In this document: piece after piece, positions 51,697 to 61,204 of the stretch
Layout: every line of letters begins with the position of its first letter
How positions within the stretch are numbered: position 1 is the first letter of the stretch
NCBI GenBank assembly: GCA_965116665.1
Contig: OZ220709.1
Span: 1,940,062-2,004,061 of the forward strand
Origin: Acidimicrobiales bacterium
GTDB lineage: Bacteria > Actinomycetota > Acidimicrobiia > Acidimicrobiales > Aldehydirespiratoraceae
Direction: 5' to 3'
DNA: 64,000 nt
Translations under genes and position numbers: made by a program
The notes under the pieces: model-generated
What the model saw: only the letters and a program-made list of their open reading frames with translations
Databases searched by the model: none
What the model was told of the DNA's origin: nothing

Positions 51697-54063
51697 GTGA
51701 CCCCGAGCCCCGCATCGCCGGACCGAAACGCCCAGGCAGCCGGGGTCGAGGCCTCGGAGGCGGCGGGCCGGTTCGTCGGGCAGTCTGTCAGGCGCGTCGA
51801 GGACCGGCGCCTCGTCTCCGGCACCGGCGTGTACGTCGACGACGTCCGCGTGCCGGGAATGCTCCACGCCGCGTTCCTGAGGAGCGACCTGGCCAGGGCC
51901 CGCATCCGGAGCCTCGACCCCTCGGCGGCCGCGGCCGCGGACGGCGTGATCGCGGTGCTCACCGCCGAGGACCTGAACCATCACGTCGATTCCCTGCGAT
52001 CCTCGGTCAACCCTCCGGAGGCGGCCACCGTCCCGGGCCATGTGCTGGCCCCCGGCGATGTGCGCTTCGCGGGCGATCCGGTAGCGCTGGTCGTCGCCGA
52101 GGACCGGTACCTGGCCGAGGACGCCCTGGAACTCATCGACGTCGATTACGAGCCCTTGGCTCCGGTGGTCGACTACGAGCAGGCCGCCACCAGCCCCCAC
52201 CTGGTCCATCCCGAGTTGGGAACCAACCTGGGCGCCTCCGGCTCCGGTCCGGATCCAGAGCTGGCTCGAGTGCTCGAGTCGGCCCACCTCGTTGTGACCG
52301 AGACCTTCCATCAGCAGCGGCAGTGCAACATGCCCATGGAGACCCGGGGCCTGGTCGCCCACTGGCAGCGGCACGCCGGACGCCTCGACCTGTGGGCATC
52401 AACCCAGAGCCCCCACGAGTTGGCGTTCACCGCGGCCCGCATCCTCGGAATCGGCGAGCACCAGGTGCGAGTCCACATGGGAGACGTGGGCGGAGCGTTC
52501 GGCCAGAAGGCGTACTCGGGACGCGACGAGATGGCCGTGCTGCTCGCAGCCCGCGACCTGGGCCGGCCCATCAAGTGGATCGAGGACCGCCGCGAGAACC
52601 TGATGGCCTCCAACTCGGCCCGGGTGGACCGGCTCACCGTGACGATGGCAGTCGATTCCGGCGGGCGGATCCTGGGAGCGGAGATCGACCACCTCAGCGA
52701 CAGCGGCGCCTACCCCCTGGGGGGCGCGCCCGCCAAGAGCGCGCTGATGGTCTCGATGTTCCCCGGCCCGTACCGCGTCGGAAGGCTGGGATGGTCCACG
52801 GCCACCGTGTTCACCAACACGGTGGGCCGGGGCGCGTACCGGGGTCCGTGGCAGATGGAGACGGTGGGCCGGGAGCTGATGATGGACCTCGTGGCCCGGG
52901 AACTGGGCATGGACCCTCTCGACTTCCGCCGCCGCAACGTGATCGAGCGGGCCGAGCTGCCTTATACGTCGGCCACGGGACGGGTCTACGAGCGGATCTC
53001 CCCGGCGGAGACGCTGGAGCAGGCGGCAGAAATGATCGGCTACCGGGCGTTCCGGGTGGAGCAGGCCGACGCCCGCGCCGAGGGGCGCCTGCTGGGGATG
53101 GGCCTCAGCCTGTTCGTCGAGCCGACTTCGATGGGCATGGGAGCGTTCGGCGCCGATGGGGCGGTGGTCAGGGTCGAACCTGACGGCAGCGTCACGGTGT
53201 ACATGGGGACCGGCTCTCACGGCCAGAGCCTGGAGACCACCATCGCGCAGGTGGTGGCCGACGAGCTCGGCGTCGACATGGACAAGGTCGCGCTCCGCCA
53301 GGGCGACGGCACTCCCTACGGCTTCGGGACAGGGGGCAGCCGCAGTGCGGTGATCGCGGGCGGGGCGGCCCGGGCCGCGGCCTCGGGTGTGCGGTCCCGG
53401 ATAGCGCGGATCGCCGCCCACCTGCTGGAAGCGGCCCCCGAGGACGTGATGGTCGATCGGGGATCGGCGTTCGTGGCGGGGACGCCGGCCCGGCGCGTCT
53501 CCGTGGCTGAGGTGGCCGATGTGGCCTACCGGCGCCCGCAGTCGCTCCCGGAGGATGTGCCCGAGGGCCTCGAGCACACCGCCCGCTACCGGGCGCCCGA
53601 GGTCACCCACTCCAACGCGGCCCATGCCTGCATCTGCGAGGTCGACTCCGACACCGGGATGGCGCGAATCCTGAGGTACGTGGTCAGCGAGGACTGCGGC
53701 AACATGGTCAACCCGACGGTCGTCGAGGGCCAGATCGCGGGCGGTGTCGTGCAGGGGATCGGCGGGGCCCTCTACGAGTGGGCGCCCTACGACGAGGACG
53801 GCAACCCGCGGGCCACCACCTTGCTCGACTATGTGATGCCCGCCGCGGCGGAGGTGCCCATCCTTGAGTACGGCCATGTGGTGACTCCGTCGGACACTCC
53901 CGGCGGGCACAAAGGGGTGGGGGAGGGCGGCGCCATCGGCGCGCCGGCCTGCGTCGTGAACGCGGTGAACGACGCGCTGGCGCCCCTCGGGGTCAGGCTC
54001 ACCCGCCAGCCGCTCACACCCGACGCGATCCTGTCGGCCATCGCGGCTAGGGAGCGGCGCTAG
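51697..54063 (+). CDS. xanthine dehydrogenase-family molybdopterin-binding subunit (CoxL-like)
   Basis: GTG start at 51697. RRVEDRRLVSGTGVYVDD and GDVGGAFGQKAY; 788 aa. Confidence 0.85.
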   Translation: MTPSPASPDRNAQAAGVEASEAAGRFVGQSVRRVEDRRLVSGTGVYVDDVRVPGMLHAAFLRSDLARARIRSLDPSAAAAADGVIAVLTAEDLNHHVDSLRSSVNPPEAATVPGHVLAPGDVRFAGDPVALVVAEDRYLAEDALELIDVDYEPLAPVVDYEQAATSPHLVHPELGTNLGASGSGPDPELARVLESAHLVVTETFHQQRQCNMPMETRGLVAHWQRHAGRLDLWASTQSPHELAFTAARILGIGEHQVRVHMGDVGGAFGQKAYSGRDEMAVLLAARDLGRPIKWIEDRRENLMASNSARVDRLTVTMAVDSGGRILGAEIDHLSDSGAYPLGGAPAKSALMVSMFPGPYRVGRLGWSTATVFTNTVGRGAYRGPWQMETVGRELMMDLVARELGMDPLDFRRRNVIERAELPYTSATGRVYERISPAETLEQAAEMIGYRAFRVEQADARAEGRLLGMGLSLFVEPTSMGMGAFGADGAVVRVEPDGSVTVYMGTGSHGQSLETTIAQVVADELGVDMDKVALRQGDGTPYGFGTGGSRSAVIAGGAARAAASGVRSRIARIAAHLLEAAPEDVMVDRGSAFVAGTPARRVSVAEVADVAYRRPQSLPEDVPEGLEHTARYRAPEVTHSNAAHACICEVDSDTGMARILRYVVSEDCGNMVNPTVVEGQIAGGVVQGIGGALYEWAPYDEDGNPRATTLLDYVMPAAAEVPILEYGHVVTPSDTPGGHKGVGEGGAIGAPACVVNAVNDALAPLGVRLTRQPLTPDAILSAIAARERR

Positions 54064-55355
54064 GGGGCGGAGACGGCCATCGCTTCGGCGATCACCTCCA
54101 GCGTCTCGCCGATGTCCTCGCTGGTGTGGGCCACCGAGACGTAGAACTTGCCGGAGCTGAGCACGCCTCGTCGGGCGCACTCCAGCAGGAACCGCCCGGC
54201 TCTGGCCGAGTCGGCTCGCTTGAGGTCAGCGACGTCACCAATGGGGTGCTCGGCGAAGGCGATCTGCACGACTGGGCCGTCACCGAGCAACTGCACTCCG
54301 GCGCCCTGACTGGCCGCGATCCGCTCGATGCCCTGCCTGAGCAGGCGGGTCGTCGACTCGAGTCGGTCGTAGGTGCCGGGCCGGCTGAGCACGCCGAGGG
54401 TGGCCAGCCCGGCCGCGGCGCACAGCGGGTTGCCGTTGAGGGTGTTGCCGTAGTAGGCGGCGCCGGTGCTGGCGAGGCCGCCCTGGGGCCGGGCCACGTT
54501 GATGATCTCCGCGGCGCCGGCGATGCCGGTCATCGGCATCCCGTTGGTGAGGGCCTTGCCGAACGTGGCCAGGTCGGGCACCACCCCGTAGCGCTCCTGG
54601 GCCCCACCTAGCGCGAAGCGGAAGCCCGTCACCATCTCGTCGAAGATGAGCAGCACCTCCTGGCCGGCGGTGACCTCCCGGAGCATCTGGAGGAACCCCG
54701 GCGCGGCGACCAGGCACCTCTGCATGGGCTCGCAGATGACCGCGGCCAGCTCGCCCGCGTTGCGCCGGATCAGGTCCTCGGTCATCGCGAAGTCGTTCCA
54801 GCGTGACACGATCACGTCGTCGGCAACGCCGGCGGGCACGCCTCCCGAGTCGAAGGTCCCGCGCGGGTACTGCAAGGGCTCCGAGAAGGCGTTCATCATG
54901 CCCACGTCGTGCGAGCCGTGGAAGCCGCCCGCGAACTTCAGGATCTTGGGCCTGCCGGTGAACACCCGGGCGAAGCGCAGGGCGTAGAGGGTGGCCTCCA
55001 GGCCGGAGGAGGCGAACTTGACCTGCTGCGCGCACGGCATGACCTCGGTGATGCGTTGGGCCAGCTCGACGGTGGGGGAGTTGAGCACGTAGAACGTGGA
55101 TCCCCGGGCGGCCTGCTCGGCGATCGCGGCCGCCACCTCGGGATGGGCGTGACCGAGCAGCGCCGGGCCGCTGCCCAGCATGTAGTCGATGTAGCGGCGG
55201 CCGTCGAGGTCGTGGAGATGGGCTCCCGATCCTGCGGCCGCCACCACGGCCAAGTCGTCGGGCATGCGGAACTGCCCGCTCACGGTGCCGTCCATCAACT
55301 GGTGGGCCAGCCTCAAGACTTCGTGGCGCTCGAGCGGGGGCTGGGACTCCTCCAA
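54060..55355 (-). CDS. class III PLP aminotransferase (glutamate-1-semialdehyde aminomutase-like)
   Basis: YIDYMLGSGPALLGHAHPEV, SGLEATLYALRFAR and LLIFDEMVTGFR. The TTG start at 55355 is inferred, with an alternative ATG at 55295. Confidence 0.85.
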   Translation of the reverse strand: MEESQPPLERHEVLRLAHQLMDGTVSGQFRMPDDLAVVAAAGSGAHLHDLDGRRYIDYMLGSGPALLGHAHPEVAAAIAEQAARGSTFYVLNSPTVELAQRITEVMPCAQQVKFASSGLEATLYALRFARVFTGRPKILKFAGGFHGSHDVGMMNAFSEPLQYPRGTFDSGGVPAGVADDVIVSRWNDFAMTEDLIRRNAGELAAVICEPMQRCLVAAPGFLQMLREVTAGQEVLLIFDEMVTGFRFALGGAQERYGVVPDLATFGKALTNGMPMTGIAGAAEIINVARPQGGLASTGAAYYGNTLNGNPLCAAAGLATLGVLSRPGTYDRLESTTRLLRQGIERIAASQGAGVQLLGDGPVVQIAFAEHPIGDVADLKRADSARAGRFLLECARRGVLSSGKFYVSVAHTSEDIGETLEVIAEAMAVSAP

Positions 55356-55367
55356 GATGGCTATTCT

Positions 55368-55886
55368 ATGATCATCATGACATCGATTTGGCACTTCGCC
55401 CTGGCCGTGCCCGACCTCGAAGAGGCGATGGTGCAGGTCGGGCGAGCCTTCGGTGTGACATGGCGTCCGATTCACCGGGCCGAGACCGTGCTGCGAGACG
55501 AGCACGGCCAGCAGCACCAGGTGGAGTGCGTCTTCACGTTCTCGGAGGGAGGCCCGCCATCGATCGAAATGTGGCAGGCGGTGCCGGGCACACCGTTGGC
55601 CGCGCCCGGCGACACCTGGTTGCACCACATCGGCTACTGGGTGGACGATCTGCCCGAGGAGTCGGACCGGTTGGACGGTCTCGGCTGGCCGTGCTTCATG
55701 AACGCCCACAGCGTGGCCGTGCACCGCGGGCCTGGCGGGCTGATGCTCGAGCCGTGCGACGTGCACCGGGACCGGCCCTTCCTGCGGGACCTGTTCCCGC
55801 CGGACAGCACCCACCACGGGCCGCCCGACAACAACGACCCCAAGCACTACCGCATAGGGGCCGACTACCACCAGCCGGTCGACTAG
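55368..55886 (+). CDS. VOC (glyoxalase/bleomycin-resistance/dioxygenase) family protein
   Basis: IWHFALAVPDLEEAMVQVGRAFG...LHHIGYWVDDL. The start is trimmed to ATG 55368. Confidence 0.7.
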   Translation: MIIMTSIWHFALAVPDLEEAMVQVGRAFGVTWRPIHRAETVLRDEHGQQHQVECVFTFSEGGPPSIEMWQAVPGTPLAAPGDTWLHHIGYWVDDLPEESDRLDGLGWPCFMNAHSVAVHRGPGGLMLEPCDVHRDRPFLRDLFPPDSTHHGPPDNNDPKHYRIGADYHQPVD

Positions 55887-55917
55887 AGGCCGAACGGGTA
55901 GGCGGCAATGGTGCCCT

Positions 55918-55960
55918 GGTTTCAGGAGTCATGGTTTCAGGAGTCATGGTTTCAGGAGCC
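55918..55960. repeat. 15-bp tandem repeat GGTTTCAGGAGTCAT, 2.9 copies
   Basis: Copies at 55918-55932, 55933-55947 and 55948-55960 (last copy GGTTTCAGGAGCC). It encodes (VSGVM)x2-VSGAG and duplicates the candidate start codon of the sulfotransferase gene. Confidence 0.85.
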
Positions 55961-57169
55961 GGGATCAGTACCGGGTTCGCAGCCCGGCCCGGTGCCAGCC
56001 CGCGACGCCCTCCTGTGGTGAGCGTCGGGCACCTGATCGAACAGGCTCGCCGCCGGGCCGGAGAAGACGCGGGCGAGTTCCAGAGCCGTTCGTTCGAGGA
56101 GGGCCTCGGGGTGCTGGCCAGGTCGATCAACACCTGCGACCGGATCACGCCTGCAGGCCGTAGCCGGCTCGAGGGCCTGATCGTGGACCACCTGGTCCGG
56201 CGGCTGAGCATCGACCGGTACCTCGCCGAGCACCCCGAGGCGACCGCGGCCGAGGTGGCACAGCCGGTGTTCGTGATGGGCATGCCCCGCACCGGCACCA
56301 CTGCGGTCATCAACCTGCTGGCCTGTGACCCAGCCAGGCGGACAGTGCTGCGCTGGACACTGGAGGAGCCGGTCCCGCCGCCCGAGGCCGACCGGCTCTA
56401 CACCGATCCAAGGTGCCTGGCGGCCCTTGAGCGCCAGCAGCGGGCGATAGCGGAGGGCCTGGCTGGCACGAACATCCGGTTCGAGTGGGCCGACTCGCCC
56501 GCGGAGTGCGTCCATGTGATGAACCACGACTTCAAGGCCATGCAGTGGGAGGCGTCAGCCCCCATGCCGGCCTACACCGAGTTCATCTACTCCTGCGACA
56601 TGACCTCGGCCTACACCTTCCATCGCCGCTACCTTCAGGTGCTGCAGCACCGCGCCCCCGGTCCCTGGGCCCTCAAGGGGCCGTCGCATGCCCTGTGGCT
56701 GCCCACCCTGCTCAGCATCTATCCCGACGCCCGGCTGATATGGACCCACCGGGATCCGTGCACCGCGGTCGCTTCGCTGTGCAGCCTCATGGCCAACTCG
56801 CACCGCCGCAACTGTGCGGAGGCCGACCTGGAGTACCTCAGCCGGAACGTCCCGCTCGGCCTGGCCGAGCACGTCGGGCGCCCCATGGCCATGCTCGACG
56901 AGATCGGCGAACGGATCCACCACATCCAGTACGCCGGCCTGGTGGGAGGCGAGATCGACACCATGAGAGGCCTGTACCGGTGGCTCGGCGACGAGCTGAC
57001 CCCGGCCGTCGAGTCCCGGATGCGGACCTGGCTCAGCGAGGGCCGGCAAGCCAGACTGGGGCCGCACCGCTACGCCCTGGAGGAATTCGGGCTGGAGCGG
57101 GCCGCGATCGCGTCCCTCTTCTCGGACTACATCAGCCACTTCGACATACCTGCGGAGACAGGGCGATGA
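55931..57169 (+). CDS. sulfotransferase-family protein
   Basis: VFVMGMPRTGTTAVINLL (a PAPS 5-prime-phosphosulfate-binding-loop-like motif) and LIWTHRDP. The first in-frame ATG lies inside the tandem repeat. Confidence 0.75.
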   Translation: MVSGVMVSGAGISTGFAARPGASPRRPPVVSVGHLIEQARRRAGEDAGEFQSRSFEEGLGVLARSINTCDRITPAGRSRLEGLIVDHLVRRLSIDRYLAEHPEATAAEVAQPVFVMGMPRTGTTAVINLLACDPARRTVLRWTLEEPVPPPEADRLYTDPRCLAALERQQRAIAEGLAGTNIRFEWADSPAECVHVMNHDFKAMQWEASAPMPAYTEFIYSCDMTSAYTFHRRYLQVLQHRAPGPWALKGPSHALWLPTLLSIYPDARLIWTHRDPCTAVASLCSLMANSHRRNCAEADLEYLSRNVPLGLAEHVGRPMAMLDEIGERIHHIQYAGLVGGEIDTMRGLYRWLGDELTPAVESRMRTWLSEGRQARLGPHRYALEEFGLERAAIASLFSDYISHFDIPAETGR

Positions 57170-58422
57170 ACCAGGAAGAACCAGAACTGGCCCGCGTCAC
57201 CCGGCAAGGCGCGTCGACCGACGCATCCATCGATGCGGTGGCGATCAACGACTTCATACACATGTCCTTCGGGGTGACCAACAGCTACCTGGTCACCACC
57301 GCCGACCGGTCGGTCGCGGTGAACGCCGGATCCGAGCAGGAGGCCCGACGGGCTCATCTGCCCCGCTACCAGCGCATAGATCCGCGCCCTCCCGCCTACA
57401 TCATCACCACCCAGAGCCACCGCGACCACATGGGCGGGGTTCCGGTGCTGGCCGGACCGGACACCCGCTGGGTCGCTCACGAGAGCTCCACCCGGTGGCG
57501 GGCCGACGTCCGGATGCTCCACGACGTTTATCTGCGCCGCCGCAACGTGCTGTGGAGCACCGTGCTCAACGACGTGGTGGAGTTGGGGAACCGGGCCGGT
57601 CCCGACCGCGAGCCTGACCTTCTGGTGGGCGACTCATGGACGGCAGAGGTGGGCGGTCGACGCTTCGAGCTGCTGGCCACCCCGGGCGGGGAGACCACCG
57701 ACTCGCTGGTGGTGTGGCTGCCCGACGACGGCGCCGTCTTCACCAGCAACCTCCTCGGCCCCGTATTCGGGGGCATGCCCAACCTGACCACCCTGCGGGG
57801 CGACAAGCTGCGCTCGGCCCAGCAGTTCGTGTCGTCGCTGGAGCGGGTCCGCGACCTCGAACCCGAGCTGCTGATCACCGGCCACGGAGACCCGATCCGG
57901 GGCGCGGGAACGATCCGCGCCGAACTGGACCGGATCCGCGACGCCATCGCGTACGTCCACGACCGGACGGTGGAGGGGATGCTGGCCGGCAAGAGCCTGG
58001 CCGAGGTCATGGCCGAGGCTGAGCCCCCCGAGGATCTGCGCCTGCCCGAGGCCCACGGCAAGGCGTCATGGAACGCCCGGTCGATCTGGCACGAGTACCT
58101 CGGATGGTTCCTGATGGAGTCCACCACCGAGCTGTACCCGGTGCCGGCCTCCTCGGTGGCGGCCGATCTGGTGGAGCTGGCCGGGGCGCCGGCGCTCGCC
58201 GCCCGGGCCCGCGCCCACCTCGACGAGGGAAGACCGGTGGAATCACTCCATCTCAGCGACGTGGTTCTGCACGCCGATCCCGGCCATCGGGGCGCGCTGG
58301 ACGCCCGGCTGGACGCGCTGCAGGAGTTGCTCAAGTGCAGCCGGAGCGAGAACCTGAGCGAGGTGATGTGGCTCCGAAGCCAGATCAGCGACACCGAACG
58401 GAGGCTCGCCGATGAGCGATGA
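57166..58422 (+). CDS. MBL-fold hydrolase, alkylsulfatase-like (no SCP2 tail)
   Basis: The ATG overlaps the upstream stop (ATGA). IITTQSHRDHMGG is an HxHxDH-type motif with Gln in the first His position. HEYLGWF resembles the alkylsulfatase dimerisation domain. Confidence 0.7.
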   Translation: MNQEEPELARVTRQGASTDASIDAVAINDFIHMSFGVTNSYLVTTADRSVAVNAGSEQEARRAHLPRYQRIDPRPPAYIITTQSHRDHMGGVPVLAGPDTRWVAHESSTRWRADVRMLHDVYLRRRNVLWSTVLNDVVELGNRAGPDREPDLLVGDSWTAEVGGRRFELLATPGGETTDSLVVWLPDDGAVFTSNLLGPVFGGMPNLTTLRGDKLRSAQQFVSSLERVRDLEPELLITGHGDPIRGAGTIRAELDRIRDAIAYVHDRTVEGMLAGKSLAEVMAEAEPPEDLRLPEAHGKASWNARSIWHEYLGWFLMESTTELYPVPASSVAADLVELAGAPALAARARAHLDEGRPVESLHLSDVVLHADPGHRGALDARLDALQELLKCSRSENLSEVMWLRSQISDTERRLADER

Positions 58423-59248
58423 GACCCGGGACTGGGCCGAGGTGGCGGCTGAGACGGCGCGTGAGGCAGTGGCCGCGGTCGGATCGTTCGATCTGAGCGG
58501 CAAAGTCGCACTGGTCACCGGCGGCAACCGCGGCATCGGCCTGGCCGCCGCCGCCGGTCTGGCCGCCGCCGGCGCGTCGGTGGCGCTGTGGGGCCGCGAC
58601 GAGGCCCGGAACGCGTCGGCTGCGACCCTGCTCGAAGACCTGGCCACTGCGCCGGTTCTCACCGACCGGGTGGACGTCGCCGACGCGGCCGCGGTCAGGG
58701 CCGGTTTCGGCCGGGTCGTAGCCGATCTCGGCCGGGTCGACTGCGTGTTCGCCAACGCAGGCATCGCCGAGCACGCGGCTTCGTTCCTGGACATCACCGA
58801 CGCCTCCCGCGACCGGGTCCTGCAGACGAACCTCCTCGGCTCGTGGTCCACCGTCGGCGCGGCACTGTCGCACATGGTCGACCGGCACGAACGCGGCGAT
58901 CCGGGCGGATCCATCGTGGTCAACGGCAGCCTGGCCGTCGCCCGCGGGCTGAGCGGAGGGGAGCACTACGCGGTGGCCAAGGCCGGGCTGGGCGCGCTGG
59001 TCAGGGGCGTGGCCGCGGGGTACGGCCGGTTGGGCGTGCGGGCCAACATGGTCTGCCCGGGCTACATCGAGCGGGACGGCATGCCGGGCCGATTCGCGGC
59101 CAAGCTGGCCGCCAGGGGACCGGTGCCGCGCTACGGCCGCCCCGGCGAGATCGCCGGCATCGTCGTCTACCTAGCCAGCGACGCCTCCGCCTACCACAAC
59201 GGCGACACGATCACCATCGACGGGGGATGGTCGATCGATGTCAAGTAA
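58412..59248 (+). CDS. SDR-family oxidoreductase
   Basis: ALVTGGNRGIGLAAA, and Y..K (HYAVAKAG). It overlaps the upstream gene by 11 nt. Confidence 0.85.
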   Translation: MSDETRDWAEVAAETAREAVAAVGSFDLSGKVALVTGGNRGIGLAAAAGLAAAGASVALWGRDEARNASAATLLEDLATAPVLTDRVDVADAAAVRAGFGRVVADLGRVDCVFANAGIAEHAASFLDITDASRDRVLQTNLLGSWSTVGAALSHMVDRHERGDPGGSIVVNGSLAVARGLSGGEHYAVAKAGLGALVRGVAAGYGRLGVRANMVCPGYIERDGMPGRFAAKLAARGPVPRYGRPGEIAGIVVYLASDASAYHNGDTITIDGGWSIDVK

Positions 59249-59747
59249 CACGGAGGCGGCCGGCCCCCTGTCCGGCCTCGGCCTCGGACCGCCCGACCAG
59301 GTCTCCTTCGCGGTGGCCGACATGGCGCAGGCGGTGTCGACCCTCAGCCCCCTCTTGGGCGAGTTCGATGTCCGCGAGGCCGTTCTGACGCCCGGATCGA
59401 TCGTGCACCGGCACCGCGAGGCGGGAGCGCGGCTGCGGCTCGGGACCTGCCAATCCGGCGCGATCGAGATCGAGTTGGTGGAAGTGCTGGAAGGGGACTG
59501 GCCGACGGTTGATCACCTGGAGCGCCACGGGCCGGGCCTGCACCACATTCGCTTCGTGGTCGAGGACCTGGGCGCCAAGTCGTCCCAGATGCAGGCTGCG
59601 GGGTTCAGCGAGGTGCTCCGGGGCGTCTCGCCCCGCGGGTCTAAGTTTGCCTACCTGGAGGCGCCCGGGGTGCTCGGCCCGACGATGGTGGAGCTCCTGC
59701 AGCTACCGCCGGCCGAGGACACCGGCCCCCCGCCGGACCGCTCCTGA
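59238..59747 (+). CDS. VOC-family protein (methylmalonyl-CoA epimerase-like)
   Basis: QVSFAVADMAQAV...IELVEVLEG...GLHHIRFVVEDL. It overlaps the upstream gene by 11 nt. Confidence 0.75.
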   Translation: MSSNTEAAGPLSGLGLGPPDQVSFAVADMAQAVSTLSPLLGEFDVREAVLTPGSIVHRHREAGARLRLGTCQSGAIEIELVEVLEGDWPTVDHLERHGPGLHHIRFVVEDLGAKSSQMQAAGFSEVLRGVSPRGSKFAYLEAPGVLGPTMVELLQLPPAEDTGPPPDRS

Positions 59748-59754
59748 GCCCCGA

Positions 59755-60339
59755 TCACTCAGACTGGCCCAGCCGGTACCACGGATCGAGCCGGTCCCGC
59801 GAGCCGAGCGACCAGTCCGAGCCGAATGACCGCGCCCGCTCCTCGTCGATCGTCACCGTGTAGGTCCAGTCGAAGACCGCGGTGCGGTGGGCAATGAGCC
59901 ACTGCCCGGCCCGTCTCTCGAAACGGTCCACGTACCTGAGGCCGATCACGTAGTCGAAGCGCTGGCCGACCTCGTCGGGCGCGCTGATCTGGTGAGCGAT
60001 GCAGTATGTGTCCACGAAGGCACCGTCGCCGCGGACGCGGATGTTGGGCGGCGCGATGAAATGGTGGGTCGCCTCGTAGCGCTTGGACCGTTCTCCGCAC
60101 ACGAACCCGGCGAACTCTCTGGCCGGGCCCCGGAACATTCCGTGATCGTCGACTGCGTCGTCGTGGTAGCAGGACGCCATGAGGTCGGCGTCGGCGCGGT
60201 CAACGCCCCGCACGTAGCGCTTCAGGACGTCATGTATCTCCTCGCGGGCCAGCAACTCCTCGACGCTGACCGGCCCCAGGGAGGCGGTGGGATCGCCGGT
60301 GTTCACTGACCGCGATGGTACTGCTGACTTCTGCGGCAA
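59755..60339 (-). CDS. SnoaL-like / NTF2-family protein
   Basis: EEIHDVLKRYVRGVDRADADLMASCYHDDAVDDHG. Confidence 0.7.
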   Translation of the reverse strand: MPQKSAVPSRSVNTGDPTASLGPVSVEELLAREEIHDVLKRYVRGVDRADADLMASCYHDDAVDDHGMFRGPAREFAGFVCGERSKRYEATHHFIAPPNIRVRGDGAFVDTYCIAHQISAPDEVGQRFDYVIGLRYVDRFERRAGQWLIAHRTAVFDWTYTVTIDEERARSFGSDWSLGSRDRLDPWYRLGQSE

Positions 60340-60405
60340 TCCTGGAGAACCTAGACGATGCTTACCATTACACTCATCGCCCTACACCCGGATACCGAGG
60401 TGGGC

Positions 60406-61185
60406 ATGGCCGAACGCACCGCAAGCGACCGAGATATCGAAGCCGGCGCGGACCGATGGCTTGGGAATCACCGGTCGGCGAAGGTCTCTGAGCTCCTGGC
60501 CCGCGACATCCTCAGCGACATCGAGGAACGGTCGCTGCAGCCCGGAGCCAAGCTGCTGCCCGAGACCGCCATGCTCAAGCGCTACGGGGTCGGCCGGGCG
60601 TCGCTGCGGGAGGCGCTTCGGATCCTGGAGATCTACGGGATCATCAAGATCAAGCCCGGCCCGGGCGGCGGCCCGGTCGTGGACTCGGTGGACAGTGCCG
60701 ACTTCAGCCGAGCATCCAGCTTCTACCTCAACGTGCTGGGGGCCACAGTGGGGGACCTCCTGGAGGCTCGGGCGGCGCTCGAGCCCTTCATGGCCCGCAT
60801 GGCCGCGGAACGCATCACACCGGAACGGGCCGAGTCGATGCGCGAGGTGCTCAGGCAGGAGCGAGAGGCTGAGGAGGAGTCAGGAGCAGGATGGGGCCGG
60901 GCCAGCGCAGCCTTCCACTCGGAGGTGGCCGGCATGACCGGCAATCCCATCCTCGACCTGCTGGGCCGGACGCTGACCACGATGCTGGCCGAGCGGACCC
61001 GACCGATCTTCCCGCCGGGCGAGCGGGGGGCCACCCGGCGGATCCACCAGCGCATCGCGGAGGCGATCATGCAGGGCTCAGCCGACGAGGCGGCCCGCCT
61101 GTCGGAGGGCCACGTCAAGGCCATCAACGCCAAGATGGTGGAGTTGTTCCCGCACCTGCTCAACGAACCCATCGAGTGGCGCTAG
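60406..61185 (+). CDS. GntR/FadR-family transcriptional regulator
   Basis: LLPETAMLKRYGVGRASLREALRILEIYGII plus a helical FCD-like C-terminus. The start is trimmed to ATG 60406. Confidence 0.85.
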   Translation: MAERTASDRDIEAGADRWLGNHRSAKVSELLARDILSDIEERSLQPGAKLLPETAMLKRYGVGRASLREALRILEIYGIIKIKPGPGGGPVVDSVDSADFSRASSFYLNVLGATVGDLLEARAALEPFMARMAAERITPERAESMREVLRQEREAEEESGAGWGRASAAFHSEVAGMTGNPILDLLGRTLTTMLAERTRPIFPPGERGATRRIHQRIAEAIMQGSADEAARLSEGHVKAINAKMVELFPHLLNEPIEWR

Positions 61186-61204
61186 ACCCCGCCGGCGGGC
61201 GCGG

